A stretch of DNA of 64,000 nt from Squalus acanthias (GCA_030390025.1 CM059432.1:11098001-11162000); one strand, 5' to 3'. Shown: positions 23,416 through 36,155, numbered from the stretch's first letter. The notes: a model not told the origin generated them from the sequence alone. Program-made: numbers and translations.

Positions 23416-25281
23416 GTCCTACCCTTAGTTTACTCCCTTTAAATTAAAGAATATTAAATACACTAGGGACCTTACTTCCCTTTAAACACTACTTACTCCA
23501 AACTAGAGACCTTACTTTTACTTTAATGACTAGAATGTAGAAATACTGTAGAAATACTCACCGCTGGTGCTCTGTCCCCTCTTGTGCAGCTTTTTAGCTC
23601 CTGCTCTCCTGGAAGCTGACAAAGATGGAAAAAGAAAGGAACACCTTCCTCCCCGAACTCTCTCACTCACCAAACTCACAGTTTAACACTCTGTTCCAAT
23701 CTGCACTCCGTGACAAACTGCACTCTAGGTGTAGAGCTTTTTGAGTGTTGTTGGAGCTGCACTCATCCAGGCAAGTGGAGAGTATTCCATTACACTCATG
23801 ACTTGTGCCTTGTAGATGGTGGCAAGGCTTTGGGGAGTCAGGAGGTGAGATACTCGCCGCAGAATACCCAGCCTTTGACCTGCTCTTGTTGCCACAGTAT
23901 TTATGTGGCTGTCTAGTTAACTTTCTGGGCAATGGTGACCCCCAGGATATTGATGGTGGGGGATTCGGCGATGGTAATGCCGTTGAATATCAAGGGGCGG
24001 TGGTTAGACGCTCACTTGTTGGAAATAGTCATTGCCTGGCACTTGTGTGGCGCGAATGTTACCTGCCACTTATCAGCCCAAGCCTGAATGTCATACAGGT
24101 CTTGCTGCATGCAGGCATGGACTGCTTCATTATCTGAGGAGTTGTGAATGGCACTGAACACTGTGCAGTCATCAGAGAACATCCCCATTTCTGATGGAGG
24201 GGAGGTAATTGATGAAGCAGCTGAAGATGGTTGGGCCTAGGACACTGCCCTGAGGAACTCCTGCAGCGATGTCCTGGGGCTGTGATGATTGACCTTCAAC
24301 CACCACAACCATCTTCCTTTGTGCTAGGTATGACTCCAACCAGTGGAGAGTTTTCCCCCCGATTCCCATTGACTTCAGTTTTACTAGGGCTCCTTGATGC
24401 CACACTCAGTCAAATGCTGCCTTGATGTCAAGGGTAATCACTCTCACCTCACCTCTGGAATTGAACTCTTTTGTCCATGTTTGGACCAAGGCTGTAATGA
24501 GGTCTGGAGCCGAGTGGTCTTGGCGGAACCCAAACTGGGCATCAGTGAGCAGGTTATTGGTGAGTAAGTGCTGCTTGATAGCACTGTCGATGACACCTTC
24601 CATCACTTTGCTGATGATTGAAAGTAGACTGATGGGGTGGTAATTGGCCGGATTGGATTTGTCCTGCATTTTGTGGACAGGACATACCTGGGCAGATTTC
24701 CACATTGTCAGATAGATGCCAGTGTTATAGCTGTACTGGAACAGATTGGCTAGAGGTGCGGCTAGTTCTGGAGCACAAGTCTTCAGCACGACAACCAGGA
24801 TGTAGTCGGGGTCCATAGCCTTTGCTGTATCCAGTGCGCTCGGCTGTTTCTTGATATCAGGTGGAGTGAATCGAATTGGCTGAAGACTGGCTTCTGTGGT
24901 GGTGGTGGGGACTTCAGGAGGAGGCCAATATGGATCATCCACTCGGCACTTCTGGCTGAAGATGGTTGCAAACGCTTCAGCTTTGTCTTTTGCACTCACG
25001 TGCTGGGCTCCACCATCATTGAGGATGGGGACATTCCTGGAGCCTCCTCCTCCCGTTAGTTGTTTAATGGTCCACCACCATTCACGACTGGATGTGGCAG
25101 GACTGCAGAGCTTTGATCTGATCTGTTGATTGTGGGATGGCTTAGCTCTGTCTATAGCATGCTGCTTCCGCTGTTTAGCATGTATGTAGTCCTGTGTTGC
25201 AGCTTCCCCAAGTTGGCACCTCATTTTTAGGTACGCCTGGTGCTGCTCCCCTGGCTTGATGGTAATGGTAGAGTGAGGGAT

Positions 25282-26132
25282 ATAAGAACATAAGAAATAG
25301 GAGCAGAAGTCGGCCATTCGGCCCCTCGAGCCTGCTCCGCCATTCAGTAAGATCATGGCTGATCTGATCTTGGCCTCAACTCCACTTTCCTGCCCGCTCC
25401 CCATAACCCTTGATTCCCCTGTTTTTCAAAAATCTGTCTATCTCCGCCTTGAATATATTCACTGACTCAGCCTCCACAGCTCTCTGGGGAAGAGAATTCC
25501 AAAGATTCACGACCCTCTGAGAGAAGAAATTTCTCCTCATTTCCGTTTTAAAAGGGTGCCCCCTTATTCTGAAACTATGCCCCCTAGTTCTAGATTCCCC
25601 CACGAGGGGAAACATCCTTTCTGCATCTACCCTGTCAAGCCCCCTCAGAATCTTATATGTTTCAATAAGATCACCTCTCATTCTTCTAAACTCCAATGAG
25701 TATAGGTCCAACCTGCTCAACCTTTCCTCATAAGACAATCCCTTCAACTCAGGAATCAACCTAGTGAACCTTCTCTGAACTGCCTCCAATGCAAGTATAT
25801 CCCTCCTTAAATAAGGAGACCAAAACTGTACGCAGTACTCCAGGTGTGGTCTCACCAACGCCACGTACAGTTGTAGCAAGACTTCCCTACTTTTATACTC
25901 CATCCCCCTTGCAATAAAGACCAATATTCCAATAGCTGAGGCCCCAGCACTGATCCCTGTGGCACCCCACTAGTTACAGTTTGCCAACCTGAAAATGACC
26001 CATTTATTCCAACTCTCTGTTTTCTGTCAGTTAGCTAATCCTCTATCCAGTCTAATATATTACCCCTAACACCGTGAGCTCTTATCTTGTGCAGTAACCT
26101 TTTATGCGGCACCTTATCGAATGCCTTCTGGA
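25282..26132 (-). mobile_element. CR1 3' fragment with internal deletion, inside LINE B
   Basis: ORF 25376-25924; taagaaca tail repeat. Confidence 0.9.
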
Positions 26133-27286
26133 AATCCGGGCCACGAGGTTACAGATTGTGCTGGAATACAATTCTGCTGCTGCTGATAGCCCACAGCGCC
26201 TCATGGATGCCCAGTTTTGAGCTGCTAGATCTATCCCATTTAGCACGGTGGTAGTGCCACACAACACAATGGATGGTGTCCTCAGTGTGAAGACAGGACT
26301 CCACAATGACTGTGCGGTGGTCACTGCTACCAATACTGTCATGGACAGATGCATCTGCGACAGGTAGATTGGTGAGGACGAGGTCAAGTAGGTTTTTCCC
26401 TCACTATCTGTCGCAGGCCCAGACTGGCAGCTAAGTCTTTAAGGACTCGGCCAGTACTGGTGCTACCGAGCCACTCTTGGTAATGGGCACTGAAGTCCCC
26501 ACCCAGAGTACATTCTGTACCTTTGCTACTCTCAGTGCTTCTTCCAAGTCATGTTCAACATGGTGGAGTACTGATTCATCAGCTGAGGGAGAGCGGTAGG
26601 TGGTAATCAGCAGGAGGTTTCCTTGCCCATGCGCCATGAGTCTTCATGGGGTCCGGAGTCAATGTTGAGGACTCCCAGGGCCACTCCCTCCCGACTGTAT
26701 ACCACCCCTGGTGGAGCTGGACATACCCAGGGATGGTGATGGAGGAGTTTGGGACATTGGCTGAAAGGTATGATTCTGTCAGGCTGTTGCTTGACTAGTC
26801 TGTGGGACAGCTCTCCCACTTTTGGCACAAGTTCCAAGATGTTGGTGAGGAACACTTTGCAGGGTCGACTGGGCTGGGTGTGCCATTGCCAAGGTCGATG
26901 CCGGGTGGTCCGTCCGGTTTTATTCTTATTATTATTATTGTTTTTCGTAGTGGTTTTTTACAACTGAGTGGCTTGCAGGGCCATTTCAGAGGGCAGTTAA
27001 GAGTCAACCATATTGCGGTGAGTCTGGAGTCACATATAGGCCAGACCGGGTAAGGACGGCAGATTTCCTTCCCTAAAGGACATTAGTGAACCAGATGGGT
27101 TTTTACGACAATCCGATAGTTTCATGGTCACCATTCCTGATACCAGCTTTTTATTCTAGATTTATTTAATTAACTGAATTTAAATTGCGCAGCTGCCGTG
27201 GTGGGATTTGAACTCACGTCTGCACATCATTAGTCCAGGCCTCTGGATTACTAGTCCAGTAACATAACCACTATGCTACTGTTCCC

Positions 27287-27450
27287 AGCTTCAACTTAAT
27301 TTGTGATGACGCCAGCCAGAATGAGCAGGCACTCCAAGGAGGAAGAGGAAGAGGAAGAGGAGGAAGATGGTGACCACATCGCAGCACCAGCCGCTCACAT
27401 TGCTGCCCCGGGATGCCAGGGATTCCCTATAGCTGTAAGTTTCAGTTAGT
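27287..27450 (+). pseudogene. Harbinger transposase continuation and acidic C-terminus (catalytic core missing)
   Basis: Continues FARAR|SFNLICDDASQNEQAL from 18996, then jumps to a poly-Glu tract and an RDSLIAVSFS* end. Confidence 0.6.
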
Positions 27451-28936
27451 TACCACCACTGGACCCATGTAACAACCACATCCAACAGCAACTCCCATCC
27501 CCCCACAATCCCACTGACACAAAGCAGTCCTGCTATCAAACAACCATCCAATGCACATCCCCCCCATTGGTTCCTGTCAATTCATGTCTTCCCATTCATC
27601 AAGAAACAACTGAAAAGGCGAGTTGCCGCCCAGCAACCAAGAAGGGGGAACATGGGAAAGTGGTGCAAAGTAATAAACTTAATGTGATTCTACTAAAGAA
27701 TGGAAACTTAACAATATAACATTTTGTCATACGCCCATGGGCATACGCTTCAGCAACTACAACGCTTTACTCTTCCTTTTCCTACTGCTCCTACGTGGTG
27801 CAACCCATGTGGCTTCAGCCGAGGTAGAGGCAGGCTGCTCACATCCCTGCTCTGACTGCTGAGATGCTGTTGGGCGATCCTCTGGGTTTTGGAACCCGTG
27901 AGGGCCCCACCAAAGACTGCTCCACCTGCACCTGTGCAGGGGCAGACTTGGCCATCAGGACAGGAGGCAGCATGTCATCTACTGACTGAGGGGGGGAGGC
28001 AACAAGTGAGAAGTGGGAGCGCTTTGAGTGGAGTCCCCATTTCCATGTCCCCTTTCGCCATCATCCCTCTCATGTGCCAGCCGCGCTTCACTCCTGCCAC
28101 TCTGCCAGAGAGAAGCTTGGTACAGATCAGTGATGCGCTGTAAGGCCAAGGCTAAGGTATCGATTATCCTAGTTAAGGTGCCAGACATGTTGGCATCCAG
28201 AGTCTGCACGGCCATGGTCAAGGCCTGCATGGACTCATTTGATTGCCACGATTGATGTTCCACAGTGTTGGCCACTCTGTCCATGGAAGAAGACATCCTC
28301 GCAATGCCCTGCGCCATCAACCCATTCATGCTTGAGGTGGACTCCTCCATTCTCTCTGCAATCGTGGACATTGCGCGTGAAAGGCCTGTCAGTACGTCGT
28401 AGATTTTCTGCTGCCCCCTCAATAATTAACCTTTTCATCAACAGCCCCCGGGGTGCGACATCTGTGTCCAGCTGAGCAGAGCTCGGAGAGGGCTGCTTTC
28501 ACCGATGTGGGCTCTCCACTGCTGTCCCTGTCTCCACCATCTGTTCTTGCTCATTTGTGAACTGTGAGTCATCAGGTGAAAACCCAACTGTCTGACTAAC
28601 TGGACCCACCGAACTGAGAATATCTGCACTGATGCATGGTAAGCATGAGTCCTGTGATGGTGCACCTTAAGGAGGAATGAGCTCCTATGAGCTCGGGTAC
28701 CTCACCTGTGAAGTGGCCATTGGCGAGTTCATTCATTGACAGCTGGGAAAACCACATAAATACTGTAACATTACACCTCATTACTTGCCTCATTTTGTCC
28801 ACAGGTTTGGGTGTCTGCAGCTTGCAGGTCATTTTTGAAACCTCAGAAGCCACTCCCACTACATTCCTACTCACTATCACAACATTGAGGGATTGGCCCT
28901 CTGATCTCCACATTACCTGCCATCTACTACATCAGC

Positions 28937-29480
28937 ATGGGTGCCGCTTATACAGTCTCACCTTGGTCCTCAGAATCGAACCAAGATGAGCCCCACCACC
29001 AACAGGGCCAGCCACACCAGCAGCAACAGTTGCAACCACAACAGCAGCCTTCTCCTCAATGACCTGATGCTCAACAGGAGAGAGGGGGAACCACAGGGCT
29101 GCAGCGCGCTGGAGGCGATACCCCCAACACAAGGTATACAGGCAGAGGATGAGCTTCCTCAACATGACTGAGCAGCAGTGCTTCAGGAGGCTCAGGCTAT
29201 CGCGCCAGGTCGTCGCAAACATTTGTAGTCTGCTGGAAGAAGACCTGCTGCCCAGAGGTCCTGGTGGACACTCCTTACCAGTGGCTGTCAAAGTCACCAC
29301 CGCCCTCAACTTCTTCGCCTCAGGCTCCTTCCAGGAATCTGCAGCAGACATTTGTGGGGTCTCGCAATCGGCCGCCCACAGATGCATCACCCAGGTGACC
29401 GATCCCACGTTTCACAAGTCAGCCAATTATATCAACTTTGCCACTGATGAAGCCAATGTTACTGAATGGGCAACATATGC
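28937..29480 (+). pseudogene. Second Harbinger transposase N-terminal remnant
   Basis: ORF 29149-29508: [11 protein letters not shown]...[16 protein letters not shown]...[14 protein letters not shown]. Confidence 0.8.
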
Positions 29481-29969
29481 TGCTCAGAACATCACGTTCC
29501 CGACCTGACTCCAAGATAAAGATTCCGGCCGATCATACTTCACTCACTGCTGAAATAAAGTCTGCATGACTGAGTGTGGGTCGATGATATTGAAGTCTGT
29601 CGCCAGGTAGCTGGGAGCCCCCCATCTCTGATGGCCAGGGATGCCGAGACACCACTGATCTCCAGCGCCTCCTCCTCTGCAGGTGTCAGCTGCGAGATCT
29701 GTGGAGGACCACCTCCGGTTCTCTCCCTCTCCCTTGTGTTCTGTGCTCTCTTCTGCAACGGGGGAAGGAACAGACCTATGAGTGACTGTAATGGCACATG
29801 TTCACCTGATGGATGCAGTGCATTTGGTGAGGGTGACTATCAGGAAGAGGCATCATATTGCATAAGGATCAGGGTGCGTGGTAATGGTGGATGGATACAT
29901 GGGGATGTGAGGAAGTGCATAGAATGAGAAGGACGGGTGCTCTTGCAAGTTAAGTGATGTGATGTGGTA

Positions 29970-30605
29970 GAAACATAGAAAAATAGGAGCAGGAGTAGGC
30001 CATTCGGCCCTTCGAGCCTGCTCCATCATTCAATATGATCATGGCTGATCCTCCATCCCAATACCATATTCCCGTCCTCTCCCCATACCCCTTGATGCCT
30101 TTTGTGTCTAGAAATCTATCTATCTCCTTCTTAAATATATTCAGTGACTTGGCCTCCACAGCTTTCTGTGGTAGAGAATTCCACAGGTTCACCACCCTCT
30201 GAGTGAAGAAATTTCTCCTCATCTCAGTCCTAAATGTCCGACCCTGTATCCTGAGACTGTGACCCCTCATTCTAGACCCCCCAGCCAGGGAAAACATCCT
30301 CTCTGCATCCAGTCTGTCTAACCCTGTCAGAATTTTATACGTTTCAATGAGATCCCCTCTCATTCTTCTAAACTCTAGTGAATACAGGCCTAGTCGACCC
30401 AATCTCTCCTCATACCACAGTCCTGCCATCCCAGGAATCAGTCTGGTGAACCTTCGCTGCACTCCCACTATGGTAAGGAGACCAAAACTGCACACAGTAC
30501 TCCAGGTGTGGTCTCACCAAGGCCCTGTACAACTGTAGTAAGACATCCTTGCTCCTGTACTCAACTCCTCTTGCAATGAAGGCCAACATACCATTTGCCT
30601 TCCTA
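29970..30605 (-). mobile_element. CR1 3' fragment inside the Myb gene intron
   Basis: ORFs 29950-30495 and 30410-30670. Confidence 0.9.
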
Positions 30606-31799
30606 GTAGGCTTGACAAGGTGGGGGGGGTGCGCGGTGATGCGTGCAACAGGATGTCGATGAATGTGCAACTGTACTCACCTTTCCTGACCTGATTATGT
30701 CATTATAGTGCTTCCTGCACAGGAGCGTGACACAATGTGCTGCTGCTGACCTCCTGGGCCACCTCTAGCCACGCCGTCTTTGTAGCTGCAGCAGGTCTCT
30801 TCCTCCCATTGCTGGGGAAGAGTATCTCTCTCTCCGGCTCCTCACAGCCCCCAGCAGTACATCAAGCGAGGCATCAGTAAAGCGGGGCGCTGCCTTTGAG
30901 GGTCCGGAGTCCATATTCTGAAATTGCAGTCACTGTCCCAAACCTCCCAACTCCTCTTTGGATCCGCTGCCATACTGGAGTCAAGATTGCTTCATGCGGG
31001 TCCGCAATACACCCGCTGCCGCACATTCGACGCCAAACCCGGAAGTAAAATGATAACGAGGTGGCTGCATTAAAATCCCACAGACAGAAACGCTGAAATT
31101 ACTTCCGGGTTTGCCATGAGATATTGGACCCCACCCCTCCCCCACCCATCCTGCTCCCAACACGCCTCCAAGTTAATATTGGGGCCACAGTATCAGCTTC
31201 CACACGCACACTGATGACACTCAGCTCTACCACCTCTCTCAACCCTTCCACTGCCTCTGTGCAGTCAGACTGCTTGACTGATCCAGTCTTGGATGAGCTG
31301 CAATTTCATCCATGTTAATCATCGGGCAGACCAAACCCCCCAAGCCACAAACTCTGCACCCTTGCTACTGACTCTCGCCCCTTTCCCAGGCGGTGTCTCA
31401 GACTCAACCAGACTGTTTTGCAACCTTAGCATCTTATTGAACCGCAGGCTGAGCTTCAAATCCTATATAATCTCTAACACAAAGACTGCCTACTTCCATT
31501 TATGTAACACGATCTGCCCCTGCTTCAGTCCACCTGCTGCTAAAACTCTCATCCATCCCTTTGGAACCTCTATATAATTCTATGTAATTCTCCTGGCTGG
31601 CCGCCCATCCGCTGTAAACTTCAGCTCATCCAAACGTCTGCTGCCCATATTCTACCCTGCACCAAGTACAGTTCACCCATGATTCCTATCCTTGCTGACC
31701 CTGCATTGGCACCTGTTCCCCAGTACCTCAATTTAAAATTCTAATCCCTGTGCTTAAATCCCATCATGGCCCTCCCCCTTCCCTATCTCTCAAGATAAA

Positions 31800-31968
31800 T
31801 AGAAAGAACTTGCATTTATTTGGTGTCTTTCACCGCCTCAGGAGGTCCCTAAGCGCCTAAAACCAATGAAGTACTTTTTGAAGTGTGGTCACTGTTGTAA
31901 TGTAGGGAAATGTGGCAGCCAATTTGCACACAGCAAGCTCCCACAAACAGCAATGAAATAAATGGCCA
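31800..31968 (-). mobile_element. Deu-SINE 3' fragment
   Basis: Same tail as the other copies. Confidence 0.75.
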
Positions 31969-32109
31969 ATAGCCTCCTCCAACCCTACAAACTCCCCCCC
32001 CCCCAACCATCACCCCCCCGTATAAGAACTCTCTACTCCTCCGACTGGCCACTTATGCATACCCCCATCACTTTGCCCCACCAGTAGCAGCCATGCCTTC
32101 AGCCATTTA

Positions 32110-32378
32110 GGCTCCAATTTTAACTCCAGGTGGATTCCCCGCTCAGGCCCGAGATAAAATTACAGTCGGGTCTCAGTGATGTCATTGGGCCACAACATGC
32201 ATATATCAAGAAGGACCCTGCTGGCTCTGGGCGCGTGTCCTTGCTGCCTGCTCAGGAGAGCAGGTTAAAATTGCAGACGCTGCGATCATGGCGGCTTTCA
32301 GACGGGCAAGAGCCAGGATGATTTTAACTGCCCGGCCGCCAGGTTTCTGCTGAGCCAGTCGGGTTAAAATTGCCAGCC
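32110..32378. mobile_element. Harbinger-type MITE
   Basis: TIR ggctccaattttaac / gttaaaattgccagcc; TTA TSD at 32107-32109 and 32379-32381. Confidence 0.75.
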
Positions 32379-33297
32379 TTAGTCCTCACACTCTGCAATT
32401 CCCTCCCGTTAAACCCTTCCGTCTCTTCACCTCCCTCTCCTCCTTTAAGACCCTCCTTAAAACCCACCTCTTTGATGAAGCTTTTGGTCATTCCTCCCAA
32501 TATCTCCTTCTTGGGCTTGCATCCATTTATGTCTGATTACACCTCTGCCAAGCACCTTGAGAAGTTTTTCTATGTTAAAGGCTCTATAGAAATGCAAGTT
32601 ATTGTTGGTCGTCAGCCCAAGAAATAAGGGAGAGAAGGTTCTTTGGTCTGTCGTGCACCTTTGGAGTGTGTCAGCCAGTGGCATTTCTGCAAGCTGAAGT
32701 CCACGAAATCAAAACCTAAGCAATACACTCAATATCATTTATAGGTCTATAAGCTTCAGTAAGTGAAGTAATTGTATTTTATACATGAAGATGCACCACA
32801 GTAATAAGCTCTACATCTGCCAGAATGACAGTATCCTGATTGCATGTCAGTAATCCCTTTCCTATTACTGTTGTTTAGTGTCTCCATCAGGGAAGGCAGA
32901 GTCAGTCCGTTACGTTACAGAAGGAAGGAACATGAGAAATAGGGGACATCTCTCAGGTGAATGTAAGTTACAGCAGTTCTTTTGTGAGTGAGAAAGGCCC
33001 ATTACTCTTGAGTGCTGCAGTTATGAGTTATGACACTTTGCATGAACGGAATACGCAGAGTTCACTGTCGATGGTGAGGTATTCTGGTCATTGCACTTCT
33101 TAGAAGATTGTTTTTCTTTAATTTTATGTATAACAACTTTATAGCAGATTAGGAAAAGAATGCCACATTGTAGAAATCCACAAAATGTTCTTATCTGATA
33201 GATATGTACACATACGGTTATTTGTACTTTTTCCCCCTTATGTTCTGTAAACATAGAAGGAAGTACATATTTAATTTGCTTCCAAAAAATGAAAGAC

Positions 33298-33797
33298 CAC
33301 CAACAACAGCTTATATTTATATAGCGCCTTTAACGTAGTAAAATGTCCCAAGGCACTTCACAGGAGTATTATCAGACAAAATTTGACACCGAGCCACATA
33401 AGGAGAAATTAGGGCAGATGACCAAAAGCTTGCTCAAAGAGGTAGGTTTTGAGGAGCATCTTAAAGGAGGAGAGAGAGGTGGAGAGGTTTAGGGAGGGAA
33501 TTCCAGAGCTTAGGGCCTTGGCAGCTGAAGGCATGGCCACCAGTGGTGGAGCGATTAAAATTGGGGATGCTTAAGAGGCCAGATTTAGAGGAGCGCAGAT
33601 ATTTCGGAGGGTTGTGGGGCTGGAGGAGATTACAGAGACAGGGAGGGGTGAGGCCGTGGAGGGATCAGAATTTTAGAATCGAGGCATTGCTTAACCGGAA
33701 GCCAATGTGGGTCAGCGAACACAGGGGTGATGGGTGAATGGGATTTGGTGCGAGTTATGACACGGGCAGCAGAGTTTTGGATGACCTCAAGTTTACA
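33298..33797 (-). mobile_element. L2 3' fragment
   Basis: Antisense to the L2 3' end at 41200-41640. Confidence 0.85.
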
Positions 33798-33912
33798 TGG
33801 AACTTGCATTAATATAGCACCTTATCACGCCTCTCAGAATTGCCCAAACCTCAAGTTTACATGGAACTTGCATTAATATAACCTTATCACACCTCTCAGA
33901 AATGCCCAAACC
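33784..33912. repeat. Tandem duplication of about 63 bp
   Basis: acctcaagtttacatggaacttgcattaatata...gcccaa occurs twice. Confidence 0.9.
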
Positions 33913-34526
33913 GCTTGACATTCAAAATATTTATGCATATATCATTTTATCTTGCGACCACACCAGTCTATTAAATAAATGAACAAACATCCAGGACTCT
34001 AAGTTGGATGGAGGGAGGGAGGCTCAAATGTTATAACATTATCTTAAAACGTATAGTGTAAATTGTTTCTTTGATAGATACTGTGCTAATGAAAAAGATT
34101 ACAGTTTATTATATTCATTGCCAATATTGGACAAAAGGAAAAAAGGTCAGCAATTATTCATTTGACATTTTAAGAAAAAATATTGCGCCTTCTGTGCAGT
34201 ACGATTCTATTATTCTGTGTCGGAACAGTGCCAAAAAGTGCTTGTGGGGAAATTTCCTAAAATGTGCCTGAAGGTGGAGTTTTAGCTTGAAAGCCAACCA
34301 CACAAAATGGAATTCAGCTGTTGAAACCTTTTCCCAGCATTCAGTTTTAGTGAACACAAGTGAAGCTAACCCTCACCCAGGCTTTTGGCCACAGAGTTCC
34401 CAGATAAATTGGCAGTAAAATCTTCTAAGCTACGGGGAGTAAAGAAATTAAAGCCATAAAAACTCTGGGTTAATTGTACCAGAAAGGTTTGTGTTTATAC
34501 GGCAGACACTTCTTACTAGTACCTTG

Positions 34527-34958
34527 ACAGCTGTGGTTCAGTGGGTAGCACCCTTGCCTCTGAGTCAGAAGGTTGTGGGTTCAAGTCCCTCTCCAGCAAC
34601 TTAAACACAAAAATCTAGGCTGACACTCAGGTGCCGTGATTTGGGTGAGACGTTAAGCCAAGGGCCCCCGTCTGCCCCCTCAGGTGGACGTTAAAAATCC
34701 TATGGCACTATTTTGAAGAGGAGCAGGGGAGTTATCCCCAGTGTCCTGGCCAATACTTATCTCTCAATCAGCATCACTAAAAACAGATTATCTGGTCATT
34801 ATCACATTTGTGGGAGCTTGCTGTGTGCAAATTGGTTGCCGCGTTTCCTACATTACAACAGTGACTGCACTTCAAAAAGTATTTCATTGGCTGTAAAACG
34901 CTTTGGGACGTCCGGTGGTCGTGAAAGGCGCTATATAAATGCAAGTTTTTCTTTTCTT
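34527..34958 (+). mobile_element. Deu-domain SINE, near full length
   Basis: Head tggttcagtgg / ggttcaagtcc, Deu-like core, L2-like tail. Confidence 0.85.
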
Positions 34959-34987
34959 TATGAGTGGAACCTAATGGAATATAAAGA

Positions 34988-36155
34988 TGTCACCTCTCTG
35001 CATTTGTATGAGAAAAAAACTCTTGAGAAATGCAAGATCAGTGGGAGGGGGGCAGGTGTCTAAAAATTGTAGACACAAAGCCTGTCTTGCTGGGGGAAAA
35101 TCCATGCTCCAGCAAGTCAATAACAGGACTCCAGATTTATCAGGTTTGATTGGCAGAAGGGGTTGAGGGCGGCGAAACCTAATGTCACCAGTGTCATCCT
35201 GATTGGCTAGATGAATGTAGAGAGACCTACCTTTAAAATTAAGGTATAAAAATAAAGGTTCTGCATTCCTCAGGTTGTTCAGTATTAGGCAAACAATAGT
35301 AGCAGTTACTGTTAGTACTGTAAGAACCTTGATCGAGCAGATGCAGAAAGGTGCTTTATTAAGACAAGGAGTAGAACACCGAGCTAGCTTGTGCATCTGT
35401 ACCAGCCAACTGCAGGAAAAGAAAAGGGTCACTTAATTTTATAAGTGCCCATGATCAGAAAATGGTGATCAGAAAGTTGTGTGTAAGGTGGGTTGAGCCA
35501 GAGCCAAGATTCAAGTGGAACAGATAACCCCACTGCCAAAAGGGGGCTCATCAACTCAACACTCCAGAAGCTAACCCCTGCATAACAGGGAAGGAGGGGG
35601 ATAGACTCAACCAAGCTGCTCGTGAAGATGAGGTCTTGCAAGCTCTGAATGTTGTTAATCACACCGAGACCTGAGCTATGTGATAGACTGGCTATTCAAA
35701 GCTGTTAACTTGTCAGCTATCTAAGCCGTTACTCTTGAAGTAATCTTACCAATTTATAACCTCAGACTCTGGTCACTGCTATAGTTAATGCTCATCATCC
35801 ATTAGTGCTGATTTACAGTGATACACTGAATTGTCTATATATTGTTTGATAGTCATTTTGTTAAGTAACGCTGTCCATTAATGATTTGCTGCTCAACTGC
35901 TAGATAGCTCTGACGACACCTATGCATGTCTATTAAGCATTTGTGCACTCAACTTTAACTAGTTGTCATTTGTAACCAATAAATATGGTTCAGTGCCTGA
36001 CTTGTGGTCTGGCTTCTTCCTTTAATGGTCCACCTACTCAGCAGGTTGAAGGTAACCTAGTTAGTAAATCATTTTGAACCAATCTGGGTTAAATGTAAGA
36101 TAGTTCGGGAGCCGAGTCAGGAGCTGTGGCAGCCATACCTTAGAATGAGGTAACA
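34988..36155 (+). mobile_element. Probable solo LTR (about 1.17 kb)
   Basis: tgtcacctc...gaggtaaca inverted ends; reverse CCAAT at about 35201; TATAAAA at 35245; AATAAA at 35978; no TSD seen. Confidence 0.45.

Larger units (their letters stand above)
19454..23727 (-). mobile_element. Full-length young CR1 (HER1-like) LINE
   Basis: 5'UTR, ORF1, ORF2 and 3'UTR ending tgactctatg; the host LINE B reads through on both sides. Confidence 0.95.
18997..27286 (-). mobile_element. LINE family B, near full length with tRNA-derived 5' head (pieces 18997-19453, 23728-25281, 26133-27286)
   Basis: Tail at 18997; RT motifs LDIKAAFD and GVPQGSVLGP; EN start TNILELVPKVGELSHRLVKQQPD; A/B-box head at 27204-27286. 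Confidence 0.85.
27740..30914 (-). pseudogene. Harbinger Myb/SANT gene remnant, multi-exon (exon 30681-30914, exon about 29600-29752, coiled-coil exon about 27750-28450)
   Basis: MDSGPSKAAPRFTDASLDVLLGAV...AWLEVAQEV...CRKHYNDI with frameshifts; GTGAGT donor at 30680; next exon KRAQNTRERERTGGGPP. Confidence 0.75.
18487..31186. mobile_element. Defective Harbinger transposon (transposase on +, Myb/SANT gene on -) with nested LINEs
   Basis: Interrupts the L2; degenerate inverted subterminal similarity; contains transposase and Myb gene remnants in convergent orientation. Confidence 0.75.
16600..32605 (+). mobile_element. Single old L2 LINE split by nested insertions (pieces about 16600-16727, 17833-18486, 31187-31790, 31970-32109, 32379-32605)
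   Basis: The pieces are collinear L2 RT to 3'-end sequence; they read through the TSD at 16713/17831 and across 18486/31187 (acatcatctgaagac...atcagcttccac..ctgatgacactcagctctac). Confidence 0.7.

Noticed and set aside
20195..23428. Several + strand ORFs of 95-195 aa
   Set aside because: Antisense shadows of the CR1 coding strand
27204..27286. Functional tRNA-Thr gene
   Set aside because: Has an oversized variable region and no proper acceptor stem; it is a retroelement head repeated at 49500-49584
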